64,000 nt of DNA from Candidatus Obscuribacterales bacterium (GTDB lineage: Bacteria > Cyanobacteriota > Vampirovibrionia > Obscuribacterales > Obscuribacteraceae), in assembly GCA_965228855.1 (NCBI GenBank), contig CBDDIJ010000003.1, positions 928,001 through 992,000 on the forward strand. Reading direction: 5' to 3'. The stretch's first letter is position 1, and every line of letters starts with the position of its first letter. The translations under genes were made by a program, and so were the position numbers. The notes beneath the pieces were generated by a model, which was given only the letters and a program-made list of their open reading frames with translations, had not been told where the DNA came from and did not search any database. This document shows positions 9,796 through 19,568 of this stretch, piece by piece.

Positions 9796-11070
9796 ATGTC
9801 CTTCCTTCACAAAGCCCTGTTCGTACTCAGTGCTGTCGTACTGATAAACCTGGCTTGCATTTCAGTTTCTTTAGCTCAACAGCAGAGTGAAGATTCTGTC
9901 GCCGAGCGCTCGAGAGATACTCACGCTATTGATGTATTTCCGAATTTCGACGTTCCGCACGGAGAGGCACCAACCAAGACGGTTGAGAAAGCGGCAGAGA
10001 GACAGATAGAAGAGAGCATAGCCGCTGATAAGAACACAACCGAAGCGGTTGAGCCAAGTGGTACCGGTAAGGTGATCGTCACGACAAAACAAAAGCAGGA
10101 CGCTTCCGGAGAGTCGACAAATGTGGGGCGAGATAATCCTCAGGATCAATTTCAAGTACCGACCGCATTGGAAGTTCGTCGCCCCACGGTTGCTCTGGCG
10201 CTGGGGGGTGGAGGAGTTAGAGGTGGAGCTCATGTTGGCGTTCTAAGAGTCTTGAAAGAACAAGGCATCCCGATAGACTACATCGTCGGCAATAGTATGG
10301 GCGCCATTGTCGGTGGCCTCTATGCGGCCGGCGTGTCGATAGACGACATCGAAAAGATCATGCTGAATGGATCTCTGCGCAAATCGTACATGGGAATGAT
10401 TCCACCCAAGCTTTTAATCAGTCCGCTTATAAAATTGAGGCATCCTTTCAAAAAACATTATGCCGGATTATGGACGGGCAATAAATTTGGGAGGTTTCTG
10501 GAAAAACAATTGCCTGCCGGCATTGAAAATGTTGAAGATACACCAATACCATTTTCTGCTGTAGCCACAAATCTTATTGATGGTAAGGCCTATAGGATCA
10601 GCGACGGAAAACTCTCCACTGCGATCAGAGCGAGTTCAACCATTCCACCCCTTCTCCAACCGGTGGCCATCAAAGATAAAGTCTATGTCGACGGCGGCGT
10701 GCGAGCAAATCTTCCGGCGTCAGCAGCGCGTGATACGGGAGCGGACATTGTCATTGCAGTCCTGGTAGATGAGCCGCTGCGAGAATTGCCCGCCACACAA
10801 TTTCGAAAAATCAGTGGCATCATCGGACGTCTCGGCGATGTGATGCTGGCAGTTGCCGATGCGCGACAGTTGCCATTTGCCGATGTAATTATCAATCCTG
10901 ACGTCAGTGGATTGCCAGTGTTAAACGGCAGCGCAGATGACGCACGAAAGGCTGTACTTGCAGGTGAGATGGCGACTCGAAAAGCAATGCCGGAGATCAA
11001 GAAAAGAATGTTGCGCCAGATCAAACGTGGAGCTGTGGCGGCAACGAAAAGTTCCAGCAGACCAAGGTGA
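9796..11070 (+). CDS. Secreted patatin-like phospholipase
   Basis: ALALGGGGVRG, GNSMG nucleophile elbow, VDGG; N-terminal signal peptide; GAGG RBS before ATG 9796. Confidence 0.92.
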   Translation: MSFLHKALFVLSAVVLINLACISVSLAQQQSEDSVAERSRDTHAIDVFPNFDVPHGEAPTKTVEKAAERQIEESIAADKNTTEAVEPSGTGKVIVTTKQKQDASGESTNVGRDNPQDQFQVPTALEVRRPTVALALGGGGVRGGAHVGVLRVLKEQGIPIDYIVGNSMGAIVGGLYAAGVSIDDIEKIMLNGSLRKSYMGMIPPKLLISPLIKLRHPFKKHYAGLWTGNKFGRFLEKQLPAGIENVEDTPIPFSAVATNLIDGKAYRISDGKLSTAIRASSTIPPLLQPVAIKDKVYVDGGVRANLPASAARDTGADIVIAVLVDEPLRELPATQFRKISGIIGRLGDVMLAVADARQLPFADVIINPDVSGLPVLNGSADDARKAVLAGEMATRKAMPEIKKRMLRQIKRGAVAATKSSSRPR

Positions 11071-11256
11071 TAGTTGATGCTAGCAACAGCTTGATACTAA
11101 ATCTGGTGACATGCAACAATGTCAATTTAAAACCAATTTTAGCAATGTACCTTGCTTGACTTAAAACCTTTCGGTGTCCATCACAACTGGGTCACTAAAT
11201 GTTCCGGTTACCTAAGCGGAGAGTAGATCGAGACACATCATCGAATCTAAAACCAT

Positions 11257-11487
11257 TTACGCCCTCACAGCTGGAGTCGTGAATAGTTTGCGCTCACGAT
11301 CCGCCGCAAAAGCCAAGCATGCGCGGATATCGTCTGTTGTAAGTTCGGGAAAATCCGAAATAATTTCATTAGACATCCCGCTAGCAAGATACTCAAGTAT
11401 ATCTGACACCGTGATGCGCAAGCCTCTGATGCACGGTTTGCCACTCCGTTTGCCAGGTTCGATGGTAATGATTTCTTGGTAGTTCAT
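11257..11487 (-). CDS. DUF433 family protein (putative antitoxin)
   Basis: PGKRSGKPCIRGLRITVSDILEYLASG...DFPELTTDDIRACLAFAA. Confidence 0.92.
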   Translation of the reverse strand: MNYQEIITIEPGKRSGKPCIRGLRITVSDILEYLASGMSNEIISDFPELTTDDIRACLAFAADRERKLFTTPAVRA

Positions 11488-11553
11488 GATTTTGCGGGAG
11501 TCAATTTGTGTCAGCCAAAGGTTGAGGCTAGAAAATGCGATCCCGAAAAAGAC

Positions 11554-11627
11554 CGCGCCCTGTAGGACTCGAACCTACGACCTCTTGGTTCGAAGCCAAG
11601 CACTCTATCCAGCTGAGCTAAGGGCGC
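11554..11627 (-). tRNA. tRNA-Arg (anticodon UCG)
   Basis: GCGCCCT/AGGGCGC acceptor stem, TAGCTCAGCTGGATAGAG D arm, CTTGG-CTTCGAA-CCAAG anticodon arm, GGTTCGAGTCC T arm; CCA not encoded. Confidence 0.95.
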
Positions 11628-11772
11628 ATAGAGTGGAGATCGTACCGATATAAGCTGTCTACGTCAAGTTCCGTTCGGAAACCGGGTGATTTCAAGATGC
11701 AGAGAATCGCGCGGTGCGCGGTCGGAGCAGGAGGAAGCGGCCGGAGCCGCCCGGAGCCGCCCGAGTCTCCCG

Positions 11773-11815
11773 AGCAGCCCAAGCAGCCCAAGCAGCCCAA
11801 GCAGCCCAAGCAGCC
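11773..11815. repeat. 9-bp tandem repeat (AGCAGCCCA x about 4.8)
   Basis: Read directly; preceded by CCGGAGCCGC x2. Confidence 0.9.
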
Positions 11816-11841
11816 GGACACGTTTTTATCTGATGTCGCCG

Positions 11842-11874
11842 AAAGAAAAGAGACCAGGCTTTTGGCCTGGTCTC
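11842..11874 (-). terminator. Intrinsic terminator of the Spy/CpxP-like gene
   Basis: GAGACCAGGC/GCCTGGTCTC 10-bp stem with T-rich tail on the minus strand. Confidence 0.8.
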
Positions 11875-11923
11875 GTGAGGCGTGGAGGAAAGGTTTCACG
11901 CGTCAGTTTTCAGATGGAGTTAA

Positions 11924-12547
11924 CTACACTTGATCGGGTGCAGCCGGCGCTTCAGAGGAAGCCGGTGCGTCCGGTCCGGGTTTCGGTCCACCAAATCCAC
12001 GGGGACCGGGACCTTTGCGGAAGCCGTCTTTGCCACCATGATGGAATTTGCTTTTGAAGTGACCACCGTGGTGTCCGCCGCGATGATGCGGACCGAAGCT
12101 CCGTTTCAGCGAGAACTCTCTGATTTTTGCTTTTTGATCGTCGGTCAGAACCGCCATGCGGTCAGCCATGAATCCGACTCTATTTGTCGAGAGTTGAGAC
12201 TTGATGTCATTGATCTTCGACTGCAACGCGAGCAGTTCGCTTTTGGAAACGCCGGGCTTCGTCATGTCATCACGCAACTCTTTAGATAGCGTCATGAGCT
12301 CGGTTTTCTTCGGAGCGTTGGCTTTCTCGAAGTCGAGTTTCATGGTGTTCATCTTCTCTAGCTGGTCGGTTGTGATTCCTAGTGCTTCAAACATGCCACC
12401 GCGTTTCGGACCGCATTTCCCTGTCGGGCAGCCCTTCTTGGCTCCGGCATCAACTGTTGTCGTGCTATCTGCAGCGCTTACAGTGTTGAAAACTCCTGCT
12501 GCCGAGATTGCTACAGCTGCAAGAAATGCGATTTTGCTTCTATTCAT
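11924..12547 (-). CDS. Spy/CpxP-like periplasmic helical chaperone / heavy-metal sensor
   Basis: Signal peptide, LGITTDQ and VLTDDQ (LTXXQ) motifs, His/Gly-rich tail. Confidence 0.8.
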   Translation of the reverse strand: MNRSKIAFLAAVAISAAGVFNTVSAADSTTTVDAGAKKGCPTGKCGPKRGGMFEALGITTDQLEKMNTMKLDFEKANAPKKTELMTLSKELRDDMTKPGVSKSELLALQSKINDIKSQLSTNRVGFMADRMAVLTDDQKAKIREFSLKRSFGPHHRGGHHGGHFKSKFHHGGKDGFRKGPGPRGFGGPKPGPDAPASSEAPAAPDQV

Positions 12548-12735
12548 TTGAGACCTTCCTTGTCTTTGTTTTTTTGTTTTTGGGGGGAGAACTAGCTTGT
12601 GATGGCAAGCTTCACTGACACCGATCGGTCGTTGCAGTTTCTGGAACGTTCGAGAGGTGCACTATATATGGTGTTATGCTTTATTCTGTTTTTCGAATAT
12701 TCAGTTGTTGAGTCGCTATTCTTGCGATTTGAATC

Positions 12736-13038
12736 TTAGAAAATCCGATTGATGATTCGTGAAACTACTCCGGGACGGTTGTTGTAATAACCGTTGTAAT
12801 AGTTGTTGCCGCAGGAAGCGCCGTTGTTCCATCCATTGCCGAGAATCGGTGTACCGATCAAGCGGTTGGTTGTGCGGTTGATGAAACGGCTCAAGCCGCC
12901 CTGGTTGTAATAACCACTGTTGTTATAGTAGTTACCATAACCGTAGTTATTGTAGTATTGGGCAGACGCTGTTTGGGTGAGGGCTCCAGCTGCTAGCAGG
13001 GAACCCGCGATCAGCATTGCGTTGATCTTCTTTTTCAT
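12736..13038 (-). CDS. Small secreted Asn/Tyr/Gly-rich protein
   Basis: GAGG RBS, MKKKINAMLIAGSLLAAG...ASA signal peptide, mature part dominated by N, Y and G. Confidence 0.75.
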   Translation of the reverse strand: MKKKINAMLIAGSLLAAGALTQTASAQYYNNYGYGNYYNNSGYYNQGGLSRFINRTTNRLIGTPILGNGWNNGASCGNNYYNGYYNNRPGVVSRIINRIF

Positions 13039-13219
13039 TTTAGGTTCCTCCCTTTTCATTCGATCACTCGTTCGTGACCTTCTAATATCAAGTACGTAAT
13101 TTCGGTTCAAAAAGTTCAATTTACTAGATTAACAGTCTCTAATGTCACTCTGGAAATCTCAGCTGTTCCTATATAGTAGTTGAGATAGTTCCTTTTACTG
13201 ACTATTTGCACCACTGAGA

Positions 13220-13675
13220 ATGACTGACGAAGAAGTCTCAAATTTGATTCCGCCCGCCTTCATGGAGAGCCCTGGGTTTCTCCTTAATACGGCTGGGAAG
13301 CTGCTATTACAGCGTGTTTCCGCATCTCTTAAACCTTCCGGTTTAACGGTTCAGGAGTACGGACTTTTGCGAATCATATCTATAGAAGGCCCGGTTACTC
13401 AGAATGCCTTTGCCGCCAAATGGGCCATTGACCGGACAACTGTCACGGAAATCGTTGATGGTTTGGAGCAGCGCGGCGTTATCATTCGCCTGAAGAGCAA
13501 AACAGATCGGCGTTACAACGAATTGCACCTCACACCTTCTGGGAAGAAACTGCTGGCGCGTGTTGTAAAAATCGTCGACAAGGCGAATGCCGCGTTTCTG
13601 CAGCCTTTAGATGATAGGGAGTGGCAACTTTTGCGTGACAGTTTGGTGAAGCTAATTGTCGCCAGCAAGGCTTGA
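13220..13675 (+). CDS. MarR family transcriptional regulator
   Basis: IDRTTVTEIVDGLEQRG, DRR...LTPSG. Confidence 0.93.
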   Translation: MTDEEVSNLIPPAFMESPGFLLNTAGKLLLQRVSASLKPSGLTVQEYGLLRIISIEGPVTQNAFAAKWAIDRTTVTEIVDGLEQRGVIIRLKSKTDRRYNELHLTPSGKKLLARVVKIVDKANAAFLQPLDDREWQLLRDSLVKLIVASKA

Positions 13676-13731
13676 AAGCGTTTGTCTCATTGAGGAAAAC
13701 GGCGACCAGCGATTGCGTCTGCGTCTCCTAA

Positions 13732-13815
13732 GCGGTGGTAGCGACTGCCGCTCCTCAGCGGTGGTAGCGAGCGTCGCCCGACGCGGCGGTAGCGACTGCG
13801 TCGCCCGACGCGGTG
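13732..13815. repeat. Degenerate 25-27 bp GC-rich tandem repeat with internal GCGTCG-CC-CGACGC hairpins
   Basis: GCGGYGGTAGCGA recurs at 13732, 13758 and 13783, between convergent genes. Confidence 0.75.
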
Positions 13816-13828
13816 CCGACTCGTTATG

Positions 13829-15397
13829 CTAATCCGACTGCAGAACGATGGCGCGGATGTGCATGTCGGCGAGGTCCAGCTCGTTTTGCAGTTGTTGAAA
13901 TAGATGCTCATCAATCTCGTTGCTATCGCGCATATTTAGCAGAACCCTTCGCTGCGAATCAACCGCTATTGTTTCTAGCTTAGTCACCATCTCATTTTCG
14001 GTCTCATCGCGCGCCACCATATTTAGTGTCGCGACGTGAACATATGTGTTGACGACGCGCTGGAACGTGGGGTCAGTTCTGTCCATCCCTTCGCGTGTAG
14101 CGGCTTCATCCAGCGCTCGAATGGCTTCCTTGGTAAGTTTGAGACGCACCATGCGCTCGGTTTCCTCCGCATTCATCTCCTCAGGGTCAAGATTCAACAT
14201 TCTTAGAACGAATGGCAGGGTGCCGCCCTGAACAAACAGAGAAAATGCGATTACTACAATTGTGAGAAAAATGAGTAGGTTTCTGTAAGGGAAAGGTTCG
14301 CCGCCAGAGATCGTGAGCGGAAGTGAAAGTGCCGCCGCCAGTGATACCACGCCGCGCATGCCGCACCAGGAAAAAATAATCACTCTCTTCCAACTCGGTA
14401 CAGGTTGTCCGATCAGGCGCCTGGACTGATATGTGAAGTACGTCCAGACAAGACGAAGAATTAGCGACGTGACGATAACTGCGATCGCAGAAACCACCAG
14501 CTGATCTAGTGGGTATTTCAGCACCTTCAGCGCAACAGGTTTTACCTCCAATCCGATTAAGAGGAATGTGAACCCGTTCAAAATGTAAGCAATCGAGTCC
14601 CAATTCGCTCGTGCTTGAACGCGAGCCGATGATGATAACATGCGCGGGCCGTGCGCTCCCAGGAGTAGTCCTGCTGTTACGACGGCGATAATTCCGGAGA
14701 CTTTGAAGTGTTCTGCGGCAAGATACACCACAAATGGTGACAAAAAGGATGCAATAATTTCGGAGGGGCGGTGGCTTACTTCTGTTCTTATTCGACGCAA
14801 AAACAACCCTAGAATTAAACCGAGCCCGACGCCGCCAAGTCCGACATAAAGCAGCGATACGCTTGCGTTCCATACCGAAAAAAGTCCCGTGACGGCCGCC
14901 GCAACTGCGACTTGATAGCCGACCAGACCGGTAGCGTCATTGACCAGGCTCTCTCCGCGAATGATATCCATCGTCTTCGCTGGTATGGTGGAGCCCCGGG
15001 TGACGGCGGAGACGGAGACGGCATCCGTAGGGGAAACAATCGCACCAAACGTTAATGCAATTGCCCAGGGAATTCCGGGAATTACCATTTTAAGTGCTGC
15101 GGCGACACCAAAGATGGTGACTATTACCAGACCAATTGCCTGAGCGGAGACTAAGTCGCCAACGTCTTTCAGCTTTTTCCAGGGCGTTTGATACGCTTCT
15201 ATATAGAGAAGTGGTGGAAGTATGACGAAGAAGATCAGCTGCGGATCAAGTTCTATTTGCGGCCCATTGGGGATTATGGAAAGGAGGATGCCCGCAAAGA
15301 TCAACAGCATGGGCAACGGCGCCTTAAACCGCTCAGCAAGAACCCCTACAATTCCCACCGCCGCTAAGAGGAGCGTAAGTGTTTCAACCTGATGCAT
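13829..15397 (-). CDS. Na+/H+ antiporter, CPA1 (NhaP/YjcE) family
   Basis: LPPLLY, SPTDAV, GESLVNDATG, GMRGVVSLAAAL. Confidence 0.93.
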   Translation of the reverse strand: MHQVETLTLLLAAVGIVGVLAERFKAPLPMLLIFAGILLSIIPNGPQIELDPQLIFFVILPPLLYIEAYQTPWKKLKDVGDLVSAQAIGLVIVTIFGVAAALKMVIPGIPWAIALTFGAIVSPTDAVSVSAVTRGSTIPAKTMDIIRGESLVNDATGLVGYQVAVAAAVTGLFSVWNASVSLLYVGLGGVGLGLILGLFLRRIRTEVSHRPSEIIASFLSPFVVYLAAEHFKVSGIIAVVTAGLLLGAHGPRMLSSSARVQARANWDSIAYILNGFTFLLIGLEVKPVALKVLKYPLDQLVVSAIAVIVTSLILRLVWTYFTYQSRRLIGQPVPSWKRVIIFSWCGMRGVVSLAAALSLPLTISGGEPFPYRNLLIFLTIVVIAFSLFVQGGTLPFVLRMLNLDPEEMNAEETERMVRLKLTKEAIRALDEAATREGMDRTDPTFQRVVNTYVHVATLNMVARDETENEMVTKLETIAVDSQRRVLLNMRDSNEIDEHLFQQLQNELDLADMHIRAIVLQSD

Positions 15398-15501
15398 TGA
15401 TTCTGGTCGAGATCTTTCCTCCGACGAAGTCGAATGCGGTAGAGTTTTCGTAAGGATGTTCTCTCATGGGTCTCCTAGTTCGTTTCACGAAGAAACGATT
15501 G

Positions 15502-16338
15502 TCACCATTGCCGAACGGCGCCACCGTCTATGGTGATAGTTGTTCCTGTAATAAATTCTGCTCGCGGCGATGCGAGAAACGCTACGAGCGCTCCGAGATC
15601 TTCCGGCTTTCCAAACTTCTTCATTGGTGAATAGTCTGCCCAGTCTTGTAAAACGCTTTCTCTCGGAACCTTCTGGCTATCAGCATATTGCTGAGCGAGT
15701 CCCTGGACTAAGGGGGTGTCGAAATAGCCGGGACAAATTACGTTAGCAGTAATGCCGTCTGCCGCGTACTCGGTAGCGATGCATTTAGCGAGCGCGTTTA
15801 AACCGGTTCTCAATGTACTTTGAATGACTGATGATTTTTCCGCTTCCAGTCCAAATATCGATCCTAGAAAAATAATTCGACCGTAGTTATTTCGCTTCAT
15901 TGCGGGGATTAGCAACCTCGGTAAAATTATAGCTGGACGAAGCAGCAGGTCGATGCCTCGTTGCCACTGTTCATCCGTCGCAACGCTAAACGGATAGGTC
16001 GGTGGATGTCCGGTGCTCAGCACGAGAACATCGATATCTCCGAAGGCCTTTTGCGATTCGTCTACAATTCGATTTAAATCGCTCTCGTTGGTTAGGTCAG
16101 CCGCCAGACCAACGCATCGGGGGGGATCGCTATTATTTTCAGAGTCGGATGCGGAAGTTTGAAATTTCGCATTAACGGCATCCTGGAGTTTTTGCACAGC
16201 ATCAGCAACTTTGTCTTCAGCCCTCGAGCAAATCGAAACGTTGGCGCCCTCGTCGGCAAGTGCTTGAGCGCAGGCGAAACCTAGCCCGTAGCTGGCGCCG
16301 GTTACTATAACGTTTTTGCCGTTCAGATCTAGCTTCAT
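15502..16338 (-). CDS. Short-chain dehydrogenase/reductase (FabG-like)
   Basis: TGASYGLG, NVICPG, ITGTTITIDGG; the YxxxK motif is replaced (QSTLR). Confidence 0.9.
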   Translation of the reverse strand: MKLDLNGKNVIVTGASYGLGFACAQALADEGANVSICSRAEDKVADAVQKLQDAVNAKFQTSASDSENNSDPPRCVGLAADLTNESDLNRIVDESQKAFGDIDVLVLSTGHPPTYPFSVATDEQWQRGIDLLLRPAIILPRLLIPAMKRNNYGRIIFLGSIFGLEAEKSSVIQSTLRTGLNALAKCIATEYAADGITANVICPGYFDTPLVQGLAQQYADSQKVPRESVLQDWADYSPMKKFGKPEDLGALVAFLASPRAEFITGTTITIDGGAVRQW

Positions 16339-16412
16339 TTTGTTGGTTGAAAAGAGTGGGCTGGCGATGAGTTCGCGCAGCGACTTGCTCGACTTAAGCA
16401 GTTAAGGATACC

Positions 16413-17372
16413 ATGCGGACTGTGATGCCTAAACGTGGTAAAGTCGTTGCTGTTCCTCTAAAGAAGGTTCAGAAAGTGGTCGCCAAGAATAAAAACTTCC
16501 TGGTCGTCAACGCGTTTGCCGATGGTCCGTTCGGCGGAAATCCTGCCGGAGTTTTTCCGGATGCGCAAGGACTCGATGATGTGACAATGCAGGCTTATGC
16601 CAAGCAGCTAAACCTGGTCGAGAGTGTATTTGTCACCAGATCCGCCGAGGCTGACTTTCGCTTGCGCTACTTCACACCTAACGGTGAGGTACCGATTGCT
16701 GGACATCCTAGTGTTGCGGCGTGGATGGCGTTGCATCACAGAAAGTTGATTGATACCACTAAGAAATCTCACTATACTCAGATTAACAAAGCCGGAATTC
16801 AGGAAATTCATTTCGACCTGAGTAGTAGCGATCATCCAATGGTCACTATGAAACAGCCCACGCCACGCTTCCTGGAAGGTCAGTTCGATAGCGAGCACGT
16901 TGCGTCTGTTTTGGGCCTTGAAGAAAAACATATTGATACGCAGCTTCCGATCCATGCTGTTGATTGTGGGCTCGGTCATCTAATCGTACCGATTCGAACA
17001 CTCGAAGCTTTGATGATGGTAAAGCGTCATGTTGAGCCCTTGCGAAAACTGTGTCAGCAAGCCGGAGTCCGGGAGGCGCAGATCTTTTGTTTTGAAACTC
17101 TAAACAAGTCCTACAATATTCACACACGCAATATTTGTCCGCGCGAGGGATTGGAAGACCCTGCATGTGGCAACGGAAACGGCGCTTTGGCTGCCTATCT
17201 CGGGCGATACTGCTGGACCGAGCGTAAGGATTTTACGATTCGTGCCGAGCAAGGAAATGTCATCCACATGCCGTCAGTGATTTTTACGCGAGCTGTGCGC
17301 ACCGGAAAACAGTTCGAGGTGTTTGTCGGCGGGACTGCCGTCGTGATGCTGGAAGGCGAGTTTAAGGTTTAG
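16413..17372 (+). CDS. PhzF family isomerase/epimerase
   Basis: NAFADGPFGGNPAGV, RYFTPNGEVPIAGH, EDPACG. Confidence 0.9.
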   Translation: MRTVMPKRGKVVAVPLKKVQKVVAKNKNFLVVNAFADGPFGGNPAGVFPDAQGLDDVTMQAYAKQLNLVESVFVTRSAEADFRLRYFTPNGEVPIAGHPSVAAWMALHHRKLIDTTKKSHYTQINKAGIQEIHFDLSSSDHPMVTMKQPTPRFLEGQFDSEHVASVLGLEEKHIDTQLPIHAVDCGLGHLIVPIRTLEALMMVKRHVEPLRKLCQQAGVREAQIFCFETLNKSYNIHTRNICPREGLEDPACGNGNGALAAYLGRYCWTERKDFTIRAEQGNVIHMPSVIFTRAVRTGKQFEVFVGGTAVVMLEGEFKV

Positions 17373-17391
17373 AGGAATACGGAAGGACCGA

Positions 17392-18498
17392 CTAATACTT
17401 TCTCAACAAGTCAAACAATTCGGCAAGACTTTCATCCATCGACGTAATCTCAGCGCGAAGATCTTGAAGCATCGCAGTTCTATCTTCGAGAATGTCTATG
17501 GTCATGGTCGTGTCTTTTTCGTGCGGATGTCCGGTCAGTTTTTTTATTCGAGAGTGTTGATGCTGTTTATGTCTTCCAGAGTGCGTAAAACAAAAATTTA
17601 ATTTCTGCCAGCGAGTTAGCATGATCTGGGCGCGATTAGTTCCAGTGCCGTCGGGTGGTGTGCTGGACAGAAACGCCCAAACGCTTGCCGGATATCCGGA
17701 TTGCTCGACAGTAGGGTCAAAGATCTTTGCAAGCATACTCGGAAGCGGAATCTGTGAGCGATCGCCCGCATGCTCAGCTCTGAATGCCCAATAAGATAAG
17801 GCCGACTGACCTGTTCCCTCGAATATGTCGACGCTGTTACTCGCGAATCTCGATAGATCGCTCATCTCTAAGGCACCGGAGATAATACCAGTCAAACCGC
17901 CGGCGACAAAGTCCGCGTAGGTGTTGTATCTGATTGCCTTATCCCGAAGCTCGGTCAAGTAAGCTGTTTTGCTTGAGTCTTTGGCAATCTCTCTGTCGAT
18001 CACATTCGTGCATCGACGGACATCAAACCCCAGTTCTGCAAGTCTTTCCGTGATCTTTTGTTTACTGATGAGATAGGCGATAGCGTTGTCAGACGATTTG
18101 TTTTGTTGGAAAGCTTTGAATGAATCATCGAGCGCGGCAATAGCGGGGCCGAGATTCCAAATTCTAACCATCTCGAGGGTGACTGTGGACAGACCGTAAT
18201 CGTTGCTCAGTACAGGTATACCCTGAGCGATTAGGTTCGACTTCTCCGGGGTCTTTGGTGTTACCGATGGTGCGTCTTTCGAGAAAAGACCTGCATGATC
18301 GGGTGTAAGGTCCGGAATGAACGTCTTGGCAGGTGCTGACTTCTGAGCTGTCGGTTTTGTGCCGTTAATCGTCAAGAGGACCGGGACATCGGGAACCTCG
18401 GTTCCCGCCGGGTGCGGAGAAACAGTCTCGGCGTGCGAAGCTGCACAGCTCAGAAAGAGCATCAGGGTGGCGATTAGGGCTTCCGGAAACCGGCGCAA
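17392..18498 (-). CDS. Secreted hypothetical protein
   Basis: 368-aa ORF with signal peptide and helical body; no family recognised. Confidence 0.7.
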   Translation of the reverse strand: MRRFPEALIATLMLFLSCAASHAETVSPHPAGTEVPDVPVLLTINGTKPTAQKSAPAKTFIPDLTPDHAGLFSKDAPSVTPKTPEKSNLIAQGIPVLSNDYGLSTVTLEMVRIWNLGPAIAALDDSFKAFQQNKSSDNAIAYLISKQKITERLAELGFDVRRCTNVIDREIAKDSSKTAYLTELRDKAIRYNTYADFVAGGLTGIISGALEMSDLSRFASNSVDIFEGTGQSALSYWAFRAEHAGDRSQIPLPSMLAKIFDPTVEQSGYPASVWAFLSSTPPDGTGTNRAQIMLTRWQKLNFCFTHSGRHKQHQHSRIKKLTGHPHEKDTTMTIDILEDRTAMLQDLRAEITSMDESLAELFDLLRKY

Positions 18499-18711
18499 AC
18501 GTTTTCTTTCCTGACAGATTAATACCGTCAGTAATGTTCGCAGCTAAGCCTAGTCTTGTGAACCCTGGAAAGTTTAATTGTGTTCCACTTGTCCATTTCC
18601 ACCCCAATGGCTGGCACCTTCTAAGATCGAAACCTGTATTGTCGACTGCGACTAGCTGCCGAATGTTCGTTGAACGTTGTAGACTTAAAGTGTCCTGGGG
18701 TAGTTCGATTT

Positions 18712-19530
18712 ATGTGCGGAAGATACACGCAAACTCATACCCACAAAGAGATTATGGAACGCTTCGATCTTGATGCGTTGTTCATGGATCTGGATCCGCG
18801 ATACAACATTTCGCCGACGCAGACCGTTCCCATAATTCTCGAACGTGACACCGACGATAACAAAACGGTTCGCGTGCTCGACGCAAGCAGTTGGGGTTTG
18901 ATCCCCGGATTTGTGAAGGACCCGCGGTTGTTGAAGCCGATGATAAATGCGCGAGCGGAAACGTTGATGGAGAAGCGCATGTTCAAAGGCGCCTTTTTGA
19001 GTCGGCGCTGTTTGATACCAGCCGATGGTTTTTACGAATGGCTCACCGAGAATAAGAAAAAACAGCCTGTGCGGTTTCAAGTAAATAATGGTGAACTGTT
19101 CGCATTCGCCGGAATCTATGAGGAAGGTAAAGACCTCGAAGGCAACCCGCGCAGGACATGTTCCATTATCACGGTTGCGGCGAATGAAACTGTTTCGCCT
19201 GTTCACGATCGCATGCCGGCTATTTTGAAAATTGAGGATGAAAAACGTTGGATCGATCATTCGTTGAATGATCCGAAAGAACTTATGGAGATGCTCAATC
19301 CATGCGATAACGCGATTATCGACTGGTATCGTTGCTCAACCGTGGTGAACTCATCGCGTTCCGACAGTAAGAACTGCATCCTTCGCGCGGGCACGCCGGA
19401 AGCACTCGCTGCCGAGGAAGCGCAGCGAACTGCAGCGGCCGAAGCCAAAGCGAACAAGGCGAGCAAAGGTAAAGCCAAGAAAGACTCTGGCGACGACGGC
19501 GTTCAGCTGATAATGCACTTGCCGAACTAG
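18712..19530 (+). CDS. SOS response-associated peptidase (SRAP/YedK/HMCES)
   Basis: MCGRY N-terminus fixes the start; PRYNISP, INARAET, RRCLIPADGFYEW, HDRMP. Confidence 0.95.
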   Translation: MCGRYTQTHTHKEIMERFDLDALFMDLDPRYNISPTQTVPIILERDTDDNKTVRVLDASSWGLIPGFVKDPRLLKPMINARAETLMEKRMFKGAFLSRRCLIPADGFYEWLTENKKKQPVRFQVNNGELFAFAGIYEEGKDLEGNPRRTCSIITVAANETVSPVHDRMPAILKIEDEKRWIDHSLNDPKELMEMLNPCDNAIIDWYRCSTVVNSSRSDSKNCILRAGTPEALAAEEAQRTAAAEAKANKASKGKAKKDSGDDGVQLIMHLPN

Positions 19531-19568
19531 CGCACCGTATACGGTGTATTCATTTCGCGTACCGAAGT

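Noticed and set aside
11618..12057. ORFs with PKQ/GCL/SSP repeats
   Set aside because: They are translations of the 9-bp intergenic repeat and overlap the tRNA, terminator or Spy-like gene.
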